From Patescibacteria group bacterium (lineage in GTDB: Bacteria > Patescibacteriota > Microgenomatia > Levybacterales > GWA1-39-11): DNA of 64,000 nt. The notes below the pieces were generated by a model. It was given only the letters and a program-made list of their open reading frames with translations. It did not search any database and was not told where the DNA came from. Shown here one piece after another: positions 1 through 10,800 of the stretch. The stretch covers positions 5,082 through 69,081 of the forward strand of contig DASZRC010000012.1 in NCBI GenBank assembly GCA_035549315.1, read 5' to 3'. The stretch's first letter is position 1. Each line of letters begins with the position of its first letter. The translations under genes were made by a program, and so were the position numbers.

Positions 1-120
1 AAGCGAGTATTTGGAGGATTGTGATTACCTTGCTATTTCTTATAAAAAGGAATAATTTCTTGTTTCTAGACATACTATATAGCAAACCATAAACTTAAGA
101 GAATTGTCAACTATTAAGGG

Positions 121-1212
121 CTAAAAATCTCCACCAACTACAACGGTTAGAATGTCTGAATAATCAGAGGCTTCCGGTGTGGTATTTTTTGCTTTCGCTT
201 TTAATTCAAACTGTACTTGTCCTGACGTAATTGGCGAGTTTGATGTGTCAGCAAGTGCGCGTTCTGATGTATCAAGAATTCCAACATTGTTTCCGGATCC
301 ATTGTATGGAGCAATAAGATTCATTGGTCCGCCGCTTGATTGACTAACTGTTGTTCCGCGCGCGCCGTATCCTTCTAGCGCCGCTGCAAGATCTGTTGAA
401 GAGCTGGGGATTGTGTAGTTGGCTGCAGTTGTTGATTTTAGTCCGGTATTTGTTCCCTGTACATAAACTACTGCTCCGTTTACAGCGTTTGTTGAGACCG
501 TTGATATAACTTTATCACTAGACGTAGAAACAGAGCCGGGGTTTATTGTCCCAATTGCAACCGTAAAAGGCGGAACGGATTGGCTGGTAGTTGTTACTGA
601 AAAACTCATCGTGGGGTTAACGGTTGATGCCGTTGCTATTGGTCCCCAATCGCTTTGCGTATAGAATTGTCCTTGGCGGGCGGCAACTCTTGCATAATAA
701 ATACTTCCCGGAATCAAACCAATTACGTCAATTCCGCTTGATCCGCCCCAAGCAGGGTAGGTTTGCCAATTGCTGTTGTCAAAATTGCTGCCAACCGTAT
801 TGTCTGCCTGGACATATTGGAAGGTTCCGGACTGACTAGCGGCAATTTGGATGGCATATTGATAGTCGGTTGGGTCATTGCCACCGCGGTTTATTGTTAG
901 ATGAAGTTTGTTGTAGCTGTTATTTTGGTTTACAAAAGTTGGGGCAGCAGGAGCACTTGCCATAATCTCATATTCAAGTCCAGCCCCTAGAAAATAATTT
1001 GATGATGAAGGGCTTCCTTGATCTACTTGTCCAAGAGTTCCAAAAAGAGAATAGTTGTTAGAAGAAGAGCTTGCTGTTCCTCCTCCGCCAAATCCATAAT
1101 CTAAAATCTTATAGTTGTTACTTGTCGGAGCAGTTTGGGCAGAGGCATTTGTCTTAAAAAGATAAGATAATGATAATATACAAATGCATAGTAATATGAT
1201 CTTTTGTTTCAT
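121..1212 (-). CDS. secreted surface protein, Gly/Ser/Thr-rich with fibronectin-III-like segment
   Basis: N-terminal signal peptide (MKQKIILLCICILSLSYLFKTNASA); low-complexity G/S/T/N-rich; FN3-like segment (YQYAIQIAASQSG...YYARVAARQG); no catalytic motif seen. Confidence 0.55.
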   Translation of the reverse strand: MKQKIILLCICILSLSYLFKTNASAQTAPTSNNYKILDYGFGGGGTASSSSNNYSLFGTLGQVDQGSPSSSNYFLGAGLEYEIMASAPAAPTFVNQNNSYNKLHLTINRGGNDPTDYQYAIQIAASQSGTFQYVQADNTVGSNFDNSNWQTYPAWGGSSGIDVIGLIPGSIYYARVAARQGQFYTQSDWGPIATASTVNPTMSFSVTTTSQSVPPFTVAIGTINPGSVSTSSDKVISTVSTNAVNGAVVYVQGTNTGLKSTTAANYTIPSSSTDLAAALEGYGARGTTVSQSSGGPMNLIAPYNGSGNNVGILDTSERALADTSNSPITSGQVQFELKAKAKNTTPEASDYSDILTVVVGGDF

Positions 1213-1224
1213 AATGCATCAATT

Positions 1225-2160
1225 TTATATTCTCGTGTAATAAACTGATCTACCTTTTCCAGCAGAGAAGATTAATCCCAGAGCATATAGCTTTGCTAGA
1301 TCTCGGGATGCCGTAATTTGGGAAACTTCAAAAGCCTTTTGGACAGTTTTATTAGATACTTTTGCACCCGGCTTTTCAAAGAGCATGAGTATTTCCCGCT
1401 GCCTATCAGACAGTTCGTAGAAGGAAGCAGGTAGATCATGTCTTCTTTCCCCATTCAAGATTTTTCTCAAAGCGTGCTCGGAGCTTATACTTACACCTTG
1501 GGTAAAGTATTCAAGGTAAGATGAAAGATTCCTATTTGCTGCGCCTTCATTGATTAGATTTCTAAAATGATCAAGGTCATTGCTAAAAAATTCTTCCAAA
1601 TTAAGTAGTCCTCTTAGGTCATAACCATACTTGTAAAGGAATATGTACGATATAATGAATGATAGTTTGATATTATCACTGTCTTTAGGTAAAGAAAGGT
1701 AAAACAGCGCAAAAACTAGGGCAGACTGGACTATTGGGTGTTCAGGATTGATCTGCACAAAATCCAAAATTTGCTTGATATTCGTATCTTTTGTATTCAC
1801 TTTGTGAGGGAAAAACGCAATAACTTTTTTGATATCATCTTCTTTCACTTTCTCCTTACTCATGAGCCATTTTTGGTTTATCCACTCATAGCAATTAACG
1901 TATGATTTGATCTCAGACTTAGACATCTTGTATTCCCCATCTGTTTTAATTGGGTTTAATACGCTTAGAGTTTCTGCTTTTGTAAATTTTTTTGGTGTTA
2001 GCCTTGAAGAGTAGGTTATTCTATCCAAATTTGATTCCCATCTTAACTCCAATTCTTCTGCACGGGACAATAGCTGGATTAGAATTTTATTCCTAGTCTC
2101 ATCAATTTTTTCTATCTCCTTTTTGAGTGTGGGCGTAATTGTAAAAGAAAAGTCAATCAT
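1225..2160 (-). CDS. Fic/DOC-fold-like protein with degenerate catalytic motif and C-terminal winged-helix
   Basis: Fic-like architecture. Helix 'HPIVQSALVFALFYLSLPKDSDNIKLS' sits where Fic proteins carry HPFx[DE]GNGR; GNGR is absent. C-terminal 'SDRQREILMLF...ITASRDLAKLYALGLI...GRSVYY' resembles the wHTH tail of many Fic proteins. Confidence 0.4.
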   Translation of the reverse strand: MIDFSFTITPTLKKEIEKIDETRNKILIQLLSRAEELELRWESNLDRITYSSRLTPKKFTKAETLSVLNPIKTDGEYKMSKSEIKSYVNCYEWINQKWLMSKEKVKEDDIKKVIAFFPHKVNTKDTNIKQILDFVQINPEHPIVQSALVFALFYLSLPKDSDNIKLSFIISYIFLYKYGYDLRGLLNLEEFFSNDLDHFRNLINEGAANRNLSSYLEYFTQGVSISSEHALRKILNGERRHDLPASFYELSDRQREILMLFEKPGAKVSNKTVQKAFEVSQITASRDLAKLYALGLIFSAGKGRSVYYTRI

Positions 2161-2265
2161 GTCTCACAAAAACTTACCATACATTTGAGTAGGGTGTCAA
2201 TCAGTCAAAGCCCTGACTAGCGCAGCCTCATTTTTAACGTAGTGAAAAGTGTGTGAAATATTGAA

Positions 2266-2361
2266 AATGATAAGATTAAGATAAGATTATTTTGTATATA
2301 TATACGGTAGTTTACCCCTTGACAGACTGTGAAAAATATAGATAAGATTATGAATAGATTA
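2266..2361 (+). promoter_or_regulatory. four copies of direct repeat (G)ATAAGATTA(T) in two tandem pairs flanking a TTGACA -35 box upstream of the 2426 gene
   Basis: Repeats at 2269-2278, 2280-2290, 2341-2350, 2352-2361. TTGACA at 2319-2324. The second pair overlaps the expected -10/TSS region. Confidence 0.3.
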
Positions 2362-2425
2362 TTTTTAGTTCAAATTAGCTTTGTGAAAATAATCTTCAAA
2401 ATTTAGCCTTAAATCCAGGCCCAAA

Positions 2426-4888
2426 ATGCCTAGATCTGCCCACAAGTTAGTGTTAGTGCTTACTATTCTCTTATTGATAGTAGGGCAAACCTATCTAATA
2501 ACTACCCCAAAAGCCTTTGCTGCAGATGGCATAAATAAGCAAATAAATTTCCAGGGAAAGGTTGTAAATAGCAACGGTACAAATGTAGCAGATGGAAGCT
2601 ATAATTTTGTCTTTAAAATCTATTCCACACCTTCCGGCGGATCCCCAATTTGGACAGAGACGAGAAGCGGCGGTAACCAAGTCCAGGTACAGGCAGGAAT
2701 ATTTAGAGTATCTTTAGGAAGTGTTCAGAGCTTACCAGGATCTGTTAACTTCAACTCAGATAGTCTTTACTTAGGAATTGAATTTAATGGGGATGGGGAG
2801 ATGACCCCTCGCGTTCGTTTTGCTTCTGTTCCTTATGCTTTTAATGCGGGGACCGTAAATGGCTTAACCGTTACAAATACCTCCGGTAATCCTTTTTCAT
2901 CAACAACCACTTTGCAAATAGCAGATGGCAAAACAGTTGTTGTAAACAATGGGCTTACGTTCTCAGGAACCGATTCAACAACATTTACTTTCCCTTCAAC
3001 AACCGGTGTTGTAGTGACAGAAGCTTTTGCCCAAACCTTAACAAGTAAAACAATTGGTTCAACGGGTCTTATATTCTCAGGGGCCGCAACAGATATAACA
3101 ACTGCAGCTAATGAAGTTTTGGGAATTAGTCCAAATGGGATAGGAAATGTCTTAATTAATCCTACTGCAGGAGGACAAGCAGCATTAATAATCGATAAAT
3201 TAGGAAATAACGATATCTTCACTGCTTCTGCTGCTGGTACAACACGATTTACAATCAACAATGCTGGGGCAATTGGTCTAACGGGTGGTTTTGGTATTGC
3301 AACTCAATGTCTTACATCAAATGGATCTGGAGCCGCTGCATCATGGGGATCATGTGGCGCAGGTGGTGGAGGAACCAACTATTGGCAGCTTAATGGTCCA
3401 GTTTTATCTCCTGGTAATTCAACTGTCGATTTGGCTATTGGTGGGACTTCCACTTCTTCTGCAAAGTTTGCAATTACTGGAATTGCTGGAAGTCAGACCC
3501 CGGTTGCAACCCTTTCCGCCACAACACCTGGTACGGGTATTGTAATTGGAGGAGATGGATCAATTCAAAGTCTTCAGCAAGGAACTCTAGTTTTGGGAGG
3601 AGCAACTACCGGAAATATTAAGTTAGTAAATACAACTGGCGATACAATACTTAACGCTCGTAATAATCAAACAGTAGCAATCGGTGCTGATGCAGATCCT
3701 GGTAATTGGGCAAGATTATATCTTAATGGAGGATTTAGAGCAGATGATGATTTCAGATTCCAAAAAGCATCAGGTACACAATATATTTCAAGACTCAATC
3801 AGGCAGGAAGTGGCGGGGCATCAGGATATGATCTAACGTTCCAGGTAAGAGGAGACAATATCTCTATGTTTGGTGCAGGAGGATTAATTATTAATAACTC
3901 TTCTGATTCCAATAACTTCTTTCAAGTTAAGAGCTCACAACAAGCAAACTCAATCTATCTAACCGGGAACACTGGTAATTTTGGTCTTGGTACAAGTACA
4001 CCGAATTCTCAATTGTATGTAACGCGTCCTCTTGCATCTGTTGCCAACGGAAAAGCTCTTGCAATCTTTGACCAAATAGAAAATCAGGATATATTAACTG
4101 CATCTTATGGGGGCGTTACGAAATTCACAATTAAAAATGATGGAACGGCATCGGTTTCTGCCGGTTTAACAATAAACTCCGTAGGAAGTGTTCAGGCTAC
4201 CAATGGTCAAACATTGACAATTGGAGGAGGAGATACGGGTAATATCACGATATCTCCAAATAGCGGCGGAATATTAATAGTCGGATCAGCAGCCAATGGC
4301 TTAACTTTCAATCCTAGTAGCAATGGTCCAACATATACCGGAACAGCTCGTCCTATAAAATCCGTAGTTTTGTCCCCTGAATATGCCGGAGCCGCTCTAA
4401 CTACAGACGGTTCATCAACAACCAATGGTTCAATGACCGCTGATAATACTCTTAATACCGGTGGGGTTGGTTGGAAAAATTATTATGAGTGGACATCAAC
4501 CCAAGGAGCTTTACAAGATTACACAATTACTGTTCGTGTTACCTTACCTCAAGATTTTGATAGCTGGCAGACCGGAAGTTGTGGTGGATCAACATGCGCA
4601 TTAGAAATTGCATATCAAACAGGAGTTTCCGGAACAACCGACAACGCGGTTTCTGTTCAGGTTAACAACGCGGAAAATAGCCCTGGCTCAGTAATCTGTA
4701 CAATCGCTGCTGCATCAAGCACTACATGGTCTACTTTTGGTTGTACATCAACTGACCTTGCTACTTCACCCACTTGGAATACTGCCGGAGATGTTGCAAT
4801 TTTGAGAATAAAGCTTGCTGCAGATAGCACATCAAGCGCCTTAGCAAGAGTAGGAGATATAACTTTGCGTTACTTTGCAAAGTACTAA
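2426..4888 (+). CDS. large secreted Gly/Thr/Asn-rich surface protein (820 aa)
   Basis: Signal peptide and hydrophobic N-terminus; conserved N-terminal module 'INFQGKVVNSNGTNVADGSYNFVFKIYSTPSGGSPIWTE' of a type seen on tail-fibre-like or cell-surface proteins; long G/T/N-rich region suggesting beta-helix or fibre. Confidence 0.65.
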   Translation: MPRSAHKLVLVLTILLLIVGQTYLITTPKAFAADGINKQINFQGKVVNSNGTNVADGSYNFVFKIYSTPSGGSPIWTETRSGGNQVQVQAGIFRVSLGSVQSLPGSVNFNSDSLYLGIEFNGDGEMTPRVRFASVPYAFNAGTVNGLTVTNTSGNPFSSTTTLQIADGKTVVVNNGLTFSGTDSTTFTFPSTTGVVVTEAFAQTLTSKTIGSTGLIFSGAATDITTAANEVLGISPNGIGNVLINPTAGGQAALIIDKLGNNDIFTASAAGTTRFTINNAGAIGLTGGFGIATQCLTSNGSGAAASWGSCGAGGGGTNYWQLNGPVLSPGNSTVDLAIGGTSTSSAKFAITGIAGSQTPVATLSATTPGTGIVIGGDGSIQSLQQGTLVLGGATTGNIKLVNTTGDTILNARNNQTVAIGADADPGNWARLYLNGGFRADDDFRFQKASGTQYISRLNQAGSGGASGYDLTFQVRGDNISMFGAGGLIINNSSDSNNFFQVKSSQQANSIYLTGNTGNFGLGTSTPNSQLYVTRPLASVANGKALAIFDQIENQDILTASYGGVTKFTIKNDGTASVSAGLTINSVGSVQATNGQTLTIGGGDTGNITISPNSGGILIVGSAANGLTFNPSSNGPTYTGTARPIKSVVLSPEYAGAALTTDGSSTTNGSMTADNTLNTGGVGWKNYYEWTSTQGALQDYTITVRVTLPQDFDSWQTGSCGGSTCALEIAYQTGVSGTTDNAVSVQVNNAENSPGSVICTIAAASSTTWSTFGCTSTDLATSPTWNTAGDVAILRIKLAADSTSSALARVGDITLRYFAKY

Positions 4889-4895
4889 ACATAAT

Positions 4896-7800
4896 ATGAA
4901 AGCAAAAAAAGATAAATACAAAAAAAATAACCTGTCTGCAGGCAGACAGAAAAATCTAAAAGTCAGAACAAAGACTATCAAGAAAAATAAATTGAAGACA
5001 ACTAAAAAAGTTGTTAAGAGAAGGGTGTCGGTTAAAAAAGTAACCCCGGCTTTTGGATTTGTGAAATTCATTGAAAGGGAAGAAAAGCTTTTGGAACAAG
5101 AATTTTTTACTCCCGCATTTGGATTTAACAAACACAACAGCAAAAGCTCAAAATCACTGTACTTTATAGATAGTCTATTTATTAATAACAAAGCACACAA
5201 TCTGAATAAAATACTTAGACATAAAAGGACTAAGACAATTTTACAAATTTCAAAAGTTACGGCCGTTTATTTGGCAATTATTTATATGTCGGTAGGAAAC
5301 TTTGCCCCTGTTTATGCTCAGGCTTTAGGTCAGGCGGTTGATAATCTGGTTTCCCAAGCAAGCAGTTCAGCTCTTTTTGCCCCACGTGTTGCTCTTCCTA
5401 TCCCGCAGCTAATTAAACCTTTTGTAGGTGATCACCCTGTTTCAAGGATTTATGGAGATACGGATTTGGATCACCAAGATAGCGCTTTTGGGAGAGCATT
5501 ATCAATTGCAGAGGGACCAAAAGGTAATAACGGATTAGACTTTTCAATGCCACTTGGGACACCACTTGTTGCAGTAGATGATGGAACAATTATTCAAGCG
5601 GGTAGTGGGGATTATGGAACAACTGTTGTAATAAAAAATTCTTGGGGAAAAAGCCTTTACGGACATTTAAGTGAAATTGGTAATTACAATGTTACAAATG
5701 GAGGCAACACAAATGACAATAGAAAACTCCAGCCCGGTGATCAAGTTAAAAAAGGAGATATTATTGGATGGGCAGGACAAACGGGGCTCGCAACAGGACC
5801 CCATCTTCATTTTGGCCTAAAAGATTCAAATGATAATTGGGTAGATCCGGCAAACTATCTTGGACTTCCACAATTTGCTGCAAAAGATCCTAATGCAACC
5901 GGATCGGCAACTTTAGCAAGTCTTGGTAGTCAGGTTTTGGGTATTGAAACAAATAACTTGGAGGCAAGTTTATCGGCAACAAGCAGAAGACCATCGGCTT
6001 TTGATGATAAATTAAATGATTCTTCCGAGCATTTTAGATACAGAAAAATTCTTAATCGTGGCGTAAACGCCCATTTTTGGGATAAGGATAAAAAGAAAGC
6101 GGACTTTTCCCTAACTGATGATTCAGGAAAGAGTAGTTTATCTTTTACATTAAGACAAGATAGCAACGCCACTGATTCGGCAGCGCCAACTGTTAACGGT
6201 GAAGAGTTAACTTATCCCGTAACAGTAGGTGGAGTTGATGCGGTTTTGAAATATACGGTAACTGATAATCAGGTAAAGGAACAAATTGTTTTTGATAAAA
6301 AACCAGATATATCAAATGATTTAAACATTGTTTTTGATACACAAGTTAATGGATTAAAAACAACATCAAACAATGGACAATACAATTTAAAATCAGATGA
6401 TGGATCAGATAATTGGACAATCCAAACACCAAATGTTGTTGATAGTAAAGGGGATAATGGTCAAATAATAGGAGTTTTGGATGGATCAACCTATACGCTA
6501 AAAATTGATAAAGATTTTCTTGATAAAGCTAACTATCCAATAACTGTTGACCCAACAGTTGTAATAAACACTTCATCAGACCTTAATGCTACCCAAGCAT
6601 CAACCCAGCATCACATTGTTAGAACAAGTGACGGAACACTTCACTCATTTGTTCAAGTTGGCACGCAAACTGCAACATGTGGTGGATCATCAAAATCAGG
6701 TCTTCTTTGGTTTAACTCAACAGATAATGGTGCAACATGGACATGTCAGGCGCAGCTTTCTAGCGACACAACAAATCTTTTTTATGCTGATGCCCGCGTT
6801 GATACATCGGATAACATATATGTAGTTTATTCCGTAAATACAACGGGTAGAAATAATGCGTATGATGTTATTTACCAAAAAATAAGCTATAACGGATCTT
6901 CTTCTTGGACAGCCCAAACTCCACAAACGGTTCTTGATGGATCAGGGAGTGCTACTGCTTATTCATATGCAACGATAGAGCTTGAGTCAACAACGCGCGC
7001 TTGGATAGCAACTCGTTATTATGATGGGACAAATTATGGTGTGACTGTTCAATATTCAAATAGTCTAGGTAATGCGCCAACCTGGACGCAATCAATCTCA
7101 AACCTTGATACAGTCGGGTCGACAAACACAAAACACATTCCTACAATGATCCGTTTTGGTACAAGCATAGGAGTTATTTGGAGTGATCAAACTGCCAATG
7201 GACTCTATTGGAGGACAAGAGGAGACTCTGACTCCTTATCTTCTTGGACAGCTCAAGTTGCAGTATTTACAGCAACAGGTCTTGTGACTCCAACTTTTGC
7301 GGCAGCAACAGATAACCAAGGACATATATATGTTGCAACAAATGCCGCAACTAGTGTTTATCTAAATTACTTCAATGGTGCTACGTGGACGGCAGCACTT
7401 ACCGTATCTTCAGCTGCAGCATCCGCTGCTTTCGTATCTCTTTCAACAGATGGAGATAATGTGTGGGTATTTTATGGAGATACAACAAATCTTGCTGCCG
7501 GACTATCCGGTAATAGAAGATTAGTTTACAAAGAATGTTATCCTCCATTTTTAGTAACGGCTGATTGCGACACAAACTCAACAAGTGTTAATTCTTATCA
7601 AGATATTTTTGATAAATCTTGGGCATTTAGGGCAACAGGATCTGTTTATACAGATGTCACAACGGCTGCCGGTAACACAACTACGGCGGATGTTTTTAAC
7701 TCATCCTCAACAAAGATGGTATCCGCACTTGGGGACATAATTTATTTTGGAAAAACTGTTCAATATGATGCAATTTCTTGGGCAATATCAACGGCTGGAG

Positions 7801-10800
7801 TCGGTGGAACAATTGTTTGGGAATATTGTAGTGGAGTAGACGGCAGCAATAATTGTAATGCGTGGAGTACATTATCATTTACGGCCTCAAGTACTCCAAG
7901 CTTTACGGCAACAACTAACGGATATGGTGCGTTCACTCCACCAGGTGGTTGGGTAGCAGGAAAAGTTAATACAGATTCAAGCACTTATTATTATATTCGG
8001 GCTCGTGTAAGCGTTGCTTATACCACCGCACCAATTGGTACGCAAATGACTTCAATACCTCAGATTAATTGGCCAAGTGCAATTACCAATGTAGTCTCAA
8101 ATTCTGTCTATATGACTTGGAATGAGAATGCTACAAGCCCTGAGAAAGTAAAATATGGTGCGGCAACAGTAAGTGCATTAACTCCCGGTACAGATAGTAA
8201 TATTAATCCGGTTAGTGCTTACTCATCACTTACCACTGCGAGCCAATTATCAACCCAGCACCATCTTGTCAGAACGACTGATGGGACTCTCCACCAATTT
8301 ATACAAGCAGGAACCCTTTATGCTTGTGGAGCAGGTTCTGGAACAGCCCCGGGTCTTGTTTGGCTTACTTCAACGGATAGTGGAGCTACTTGGAATTGTC
8401 AGGGACAGCTAAATTCTGCTGCAACTTATTTTGCAGACGCAAGAGTAGATTCTTCAGACAATATATATGTAGTTTATTCAACGGCTGCCAATGGAGCAGG
8501 GGCAGCAAATGATGTCTTCTATAGAAAGCTTACGTATGGTGGATCATCTTGGACATTAGGATCAGAGCAAACCGTTTTTGACGGAACAGGGTCAGTTGGG
8601 TATTCATATGCAGCGCTAGAAATTGATTCAAGTAGAGTATGGGTTGCAGCTCGTTACTTTGATGGAGTTAATTATCAAGTTTCAGTTGATTATTCAAATG
8701 ACCAGTCCGCCTCTCCAACATGGACAACTTCAATAACAAATCTTGAAACGGTAGGATCTACAACTACAAAACATATTCCCACAATGGTTCGTTTTGGAAC
8801 AAACATTGGAGTTATCTGGGTTGATCAAACAAGTACGGGTCTTTATTGGAGATTCCATGGGGATTCGGATCCTCTAACTTCCTGGACAGGCCAGGCTCCT
8901 GCCTTTTCAACAACGGCACTAACTACTGCAACATTCACTGCGGTATCAGATTCCCAGGGCCACATCTATCTTGCTGCAGTGCCTGGAACAAACGCCGTCT
9001 ATCTTACATACTTCAACGGTGAGACGTGGACAACTCCATTTATAGTTTCATCAACAGTTACCGCTGGAACATTTGTTGCCTTATCAACAGATGGTAACAG
9101 TGTTTGGGTATTTTATGGAGATACAACAAACCTTTCAGGAAGCCTTCCCGGGCTTAGAAGACTTGCTTATAAAAAATGTAGTCCGCCATTTTTTACAGCG
9201 ACTGACTGTGATTCAACAGCAACAAATGTAAATACATACCAAGATATATTTGATAAAGTTTGGAAGTTTACTTCCATAGGTTCTGTCTATGCAGATGAAA
9301 CAACAGCTGCCGGTAATACAACAACAGCAGACGTTTCTATAGGAGGTGCTCTTAACGACATAATGTATTGGGGTAAAACAACTCCATTTGATACATTGGG
9401 TTATGTTTTATCAACTAACGGAACAACCGGAGTAGTGCGTTGGGAATATTGGAATGGTACTGCTTGGGTTCCAATTCCTACATTTATTTCAACATCGGCT
9501 CAAAACTATACGGCAACAGGATACATAAACTTTGTACCAATGTCTGATTGGGCAACCACCCAGATTAATGGTGAGTCAACGCCTTACTACTATATTCGCT
9601 CAAGGGTTGTTACGGCTTACGTTGCTGTACCAATTGGAACTCAAATGGATGCAATTCCCCAGATTAACTGGGCCAATTCACTTACAAATGTAGTTTCAAA
9701 TACTACACCTATAATTTGGACGGAAAACTCTGTTTCTCCAATGAGGCTTAGATATAAAACGGTAACTACCACGTCATCAACTCGCTCTGCCGCATCAGAA
9801 ATTAGTCCAAGTGTTGTAGGTTACTCGGCACTTACCACAGCAACCCAAGATTCTTCACAGCATCATCTTGTCAGGACAACTGATGGAACGCTCCATGCAT
9901 TTGTCCAATCTTCAACAACTCAGTTGGGATGTGGTGGGCAAGCCGGAAATAATTCTGCCTCTCTTAATTGGATAGAATCAACGGATAATGGAGCAACTTG
10001 GAGTTGTCAGGGGCAGCTAAATTCAGCTGCAACTTATTTTGCCGATGCAAGAGTAGACTCTTCAGATAATATATATGTAACTTACTCGGTGGCAGGAAAT
10101 GGAGCAGGGGCAGCAAATGATGTATATTATAGAAAGATTACCTACAACGGTTCGTCCACCTGGACGTTAGGTGCAGAAAGATTAGTGCTAGATGGAACCG
10201 CAGGTGTTGGATATGCTTATGCTGCACTGGAACTTGATCCATCCCATGTATGGATATCTGCCCGTTATTTTGACGGAACAAATTATCAAGTAACCGTCTA
10301 TTATTCTTCAAATCTGTCTGACAATCCTTCCTGGACTCAATCTATTACGCATCTTGATACGGTTGGAACAACAGCCACTCGTCATACTCCTGCTATGGTT
10401 CGCTTTGGAACAAACATTGGAGTAGTTTGGAATGACCAGACAAATACCGGATTAAGGTGGCGCTTTAGAAATGATTCAGATGATTTGTCCGCTTGGGTTA
10501 CAGAAACCAATGTTTTCAGTACAGCAGCTTTAGGAATTGGTTTGTTTGCAGTAACCTCAGATTCAGCAGGTAGAGTATATGTTGCTGCAGATCCTAATAC
10601 AACAGCTTATCTTACTTACTTTAATGGGGTGGCTTGGACAGCTCCACTTGTTGTGACAACAACCTCATCATCTGCATTATTTATTTCTCTCTCAACAGAC
10701 GGTAATAACGTTTGGGTGTTTTATGGAGATACAACAAATCTTAGCGGAACTTTATCCGGTAATAGACGTCTTGCTTATAAAAAATGTGCGCCTCCATTCT

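Noticed and set aside
4875-4895. TTG start for the giant gene as listed in the ORF track
   Set aside because: Overlaps the stop of the upstream gene; the ATG at 4896 begins MKAKKDKYKK without overlap.
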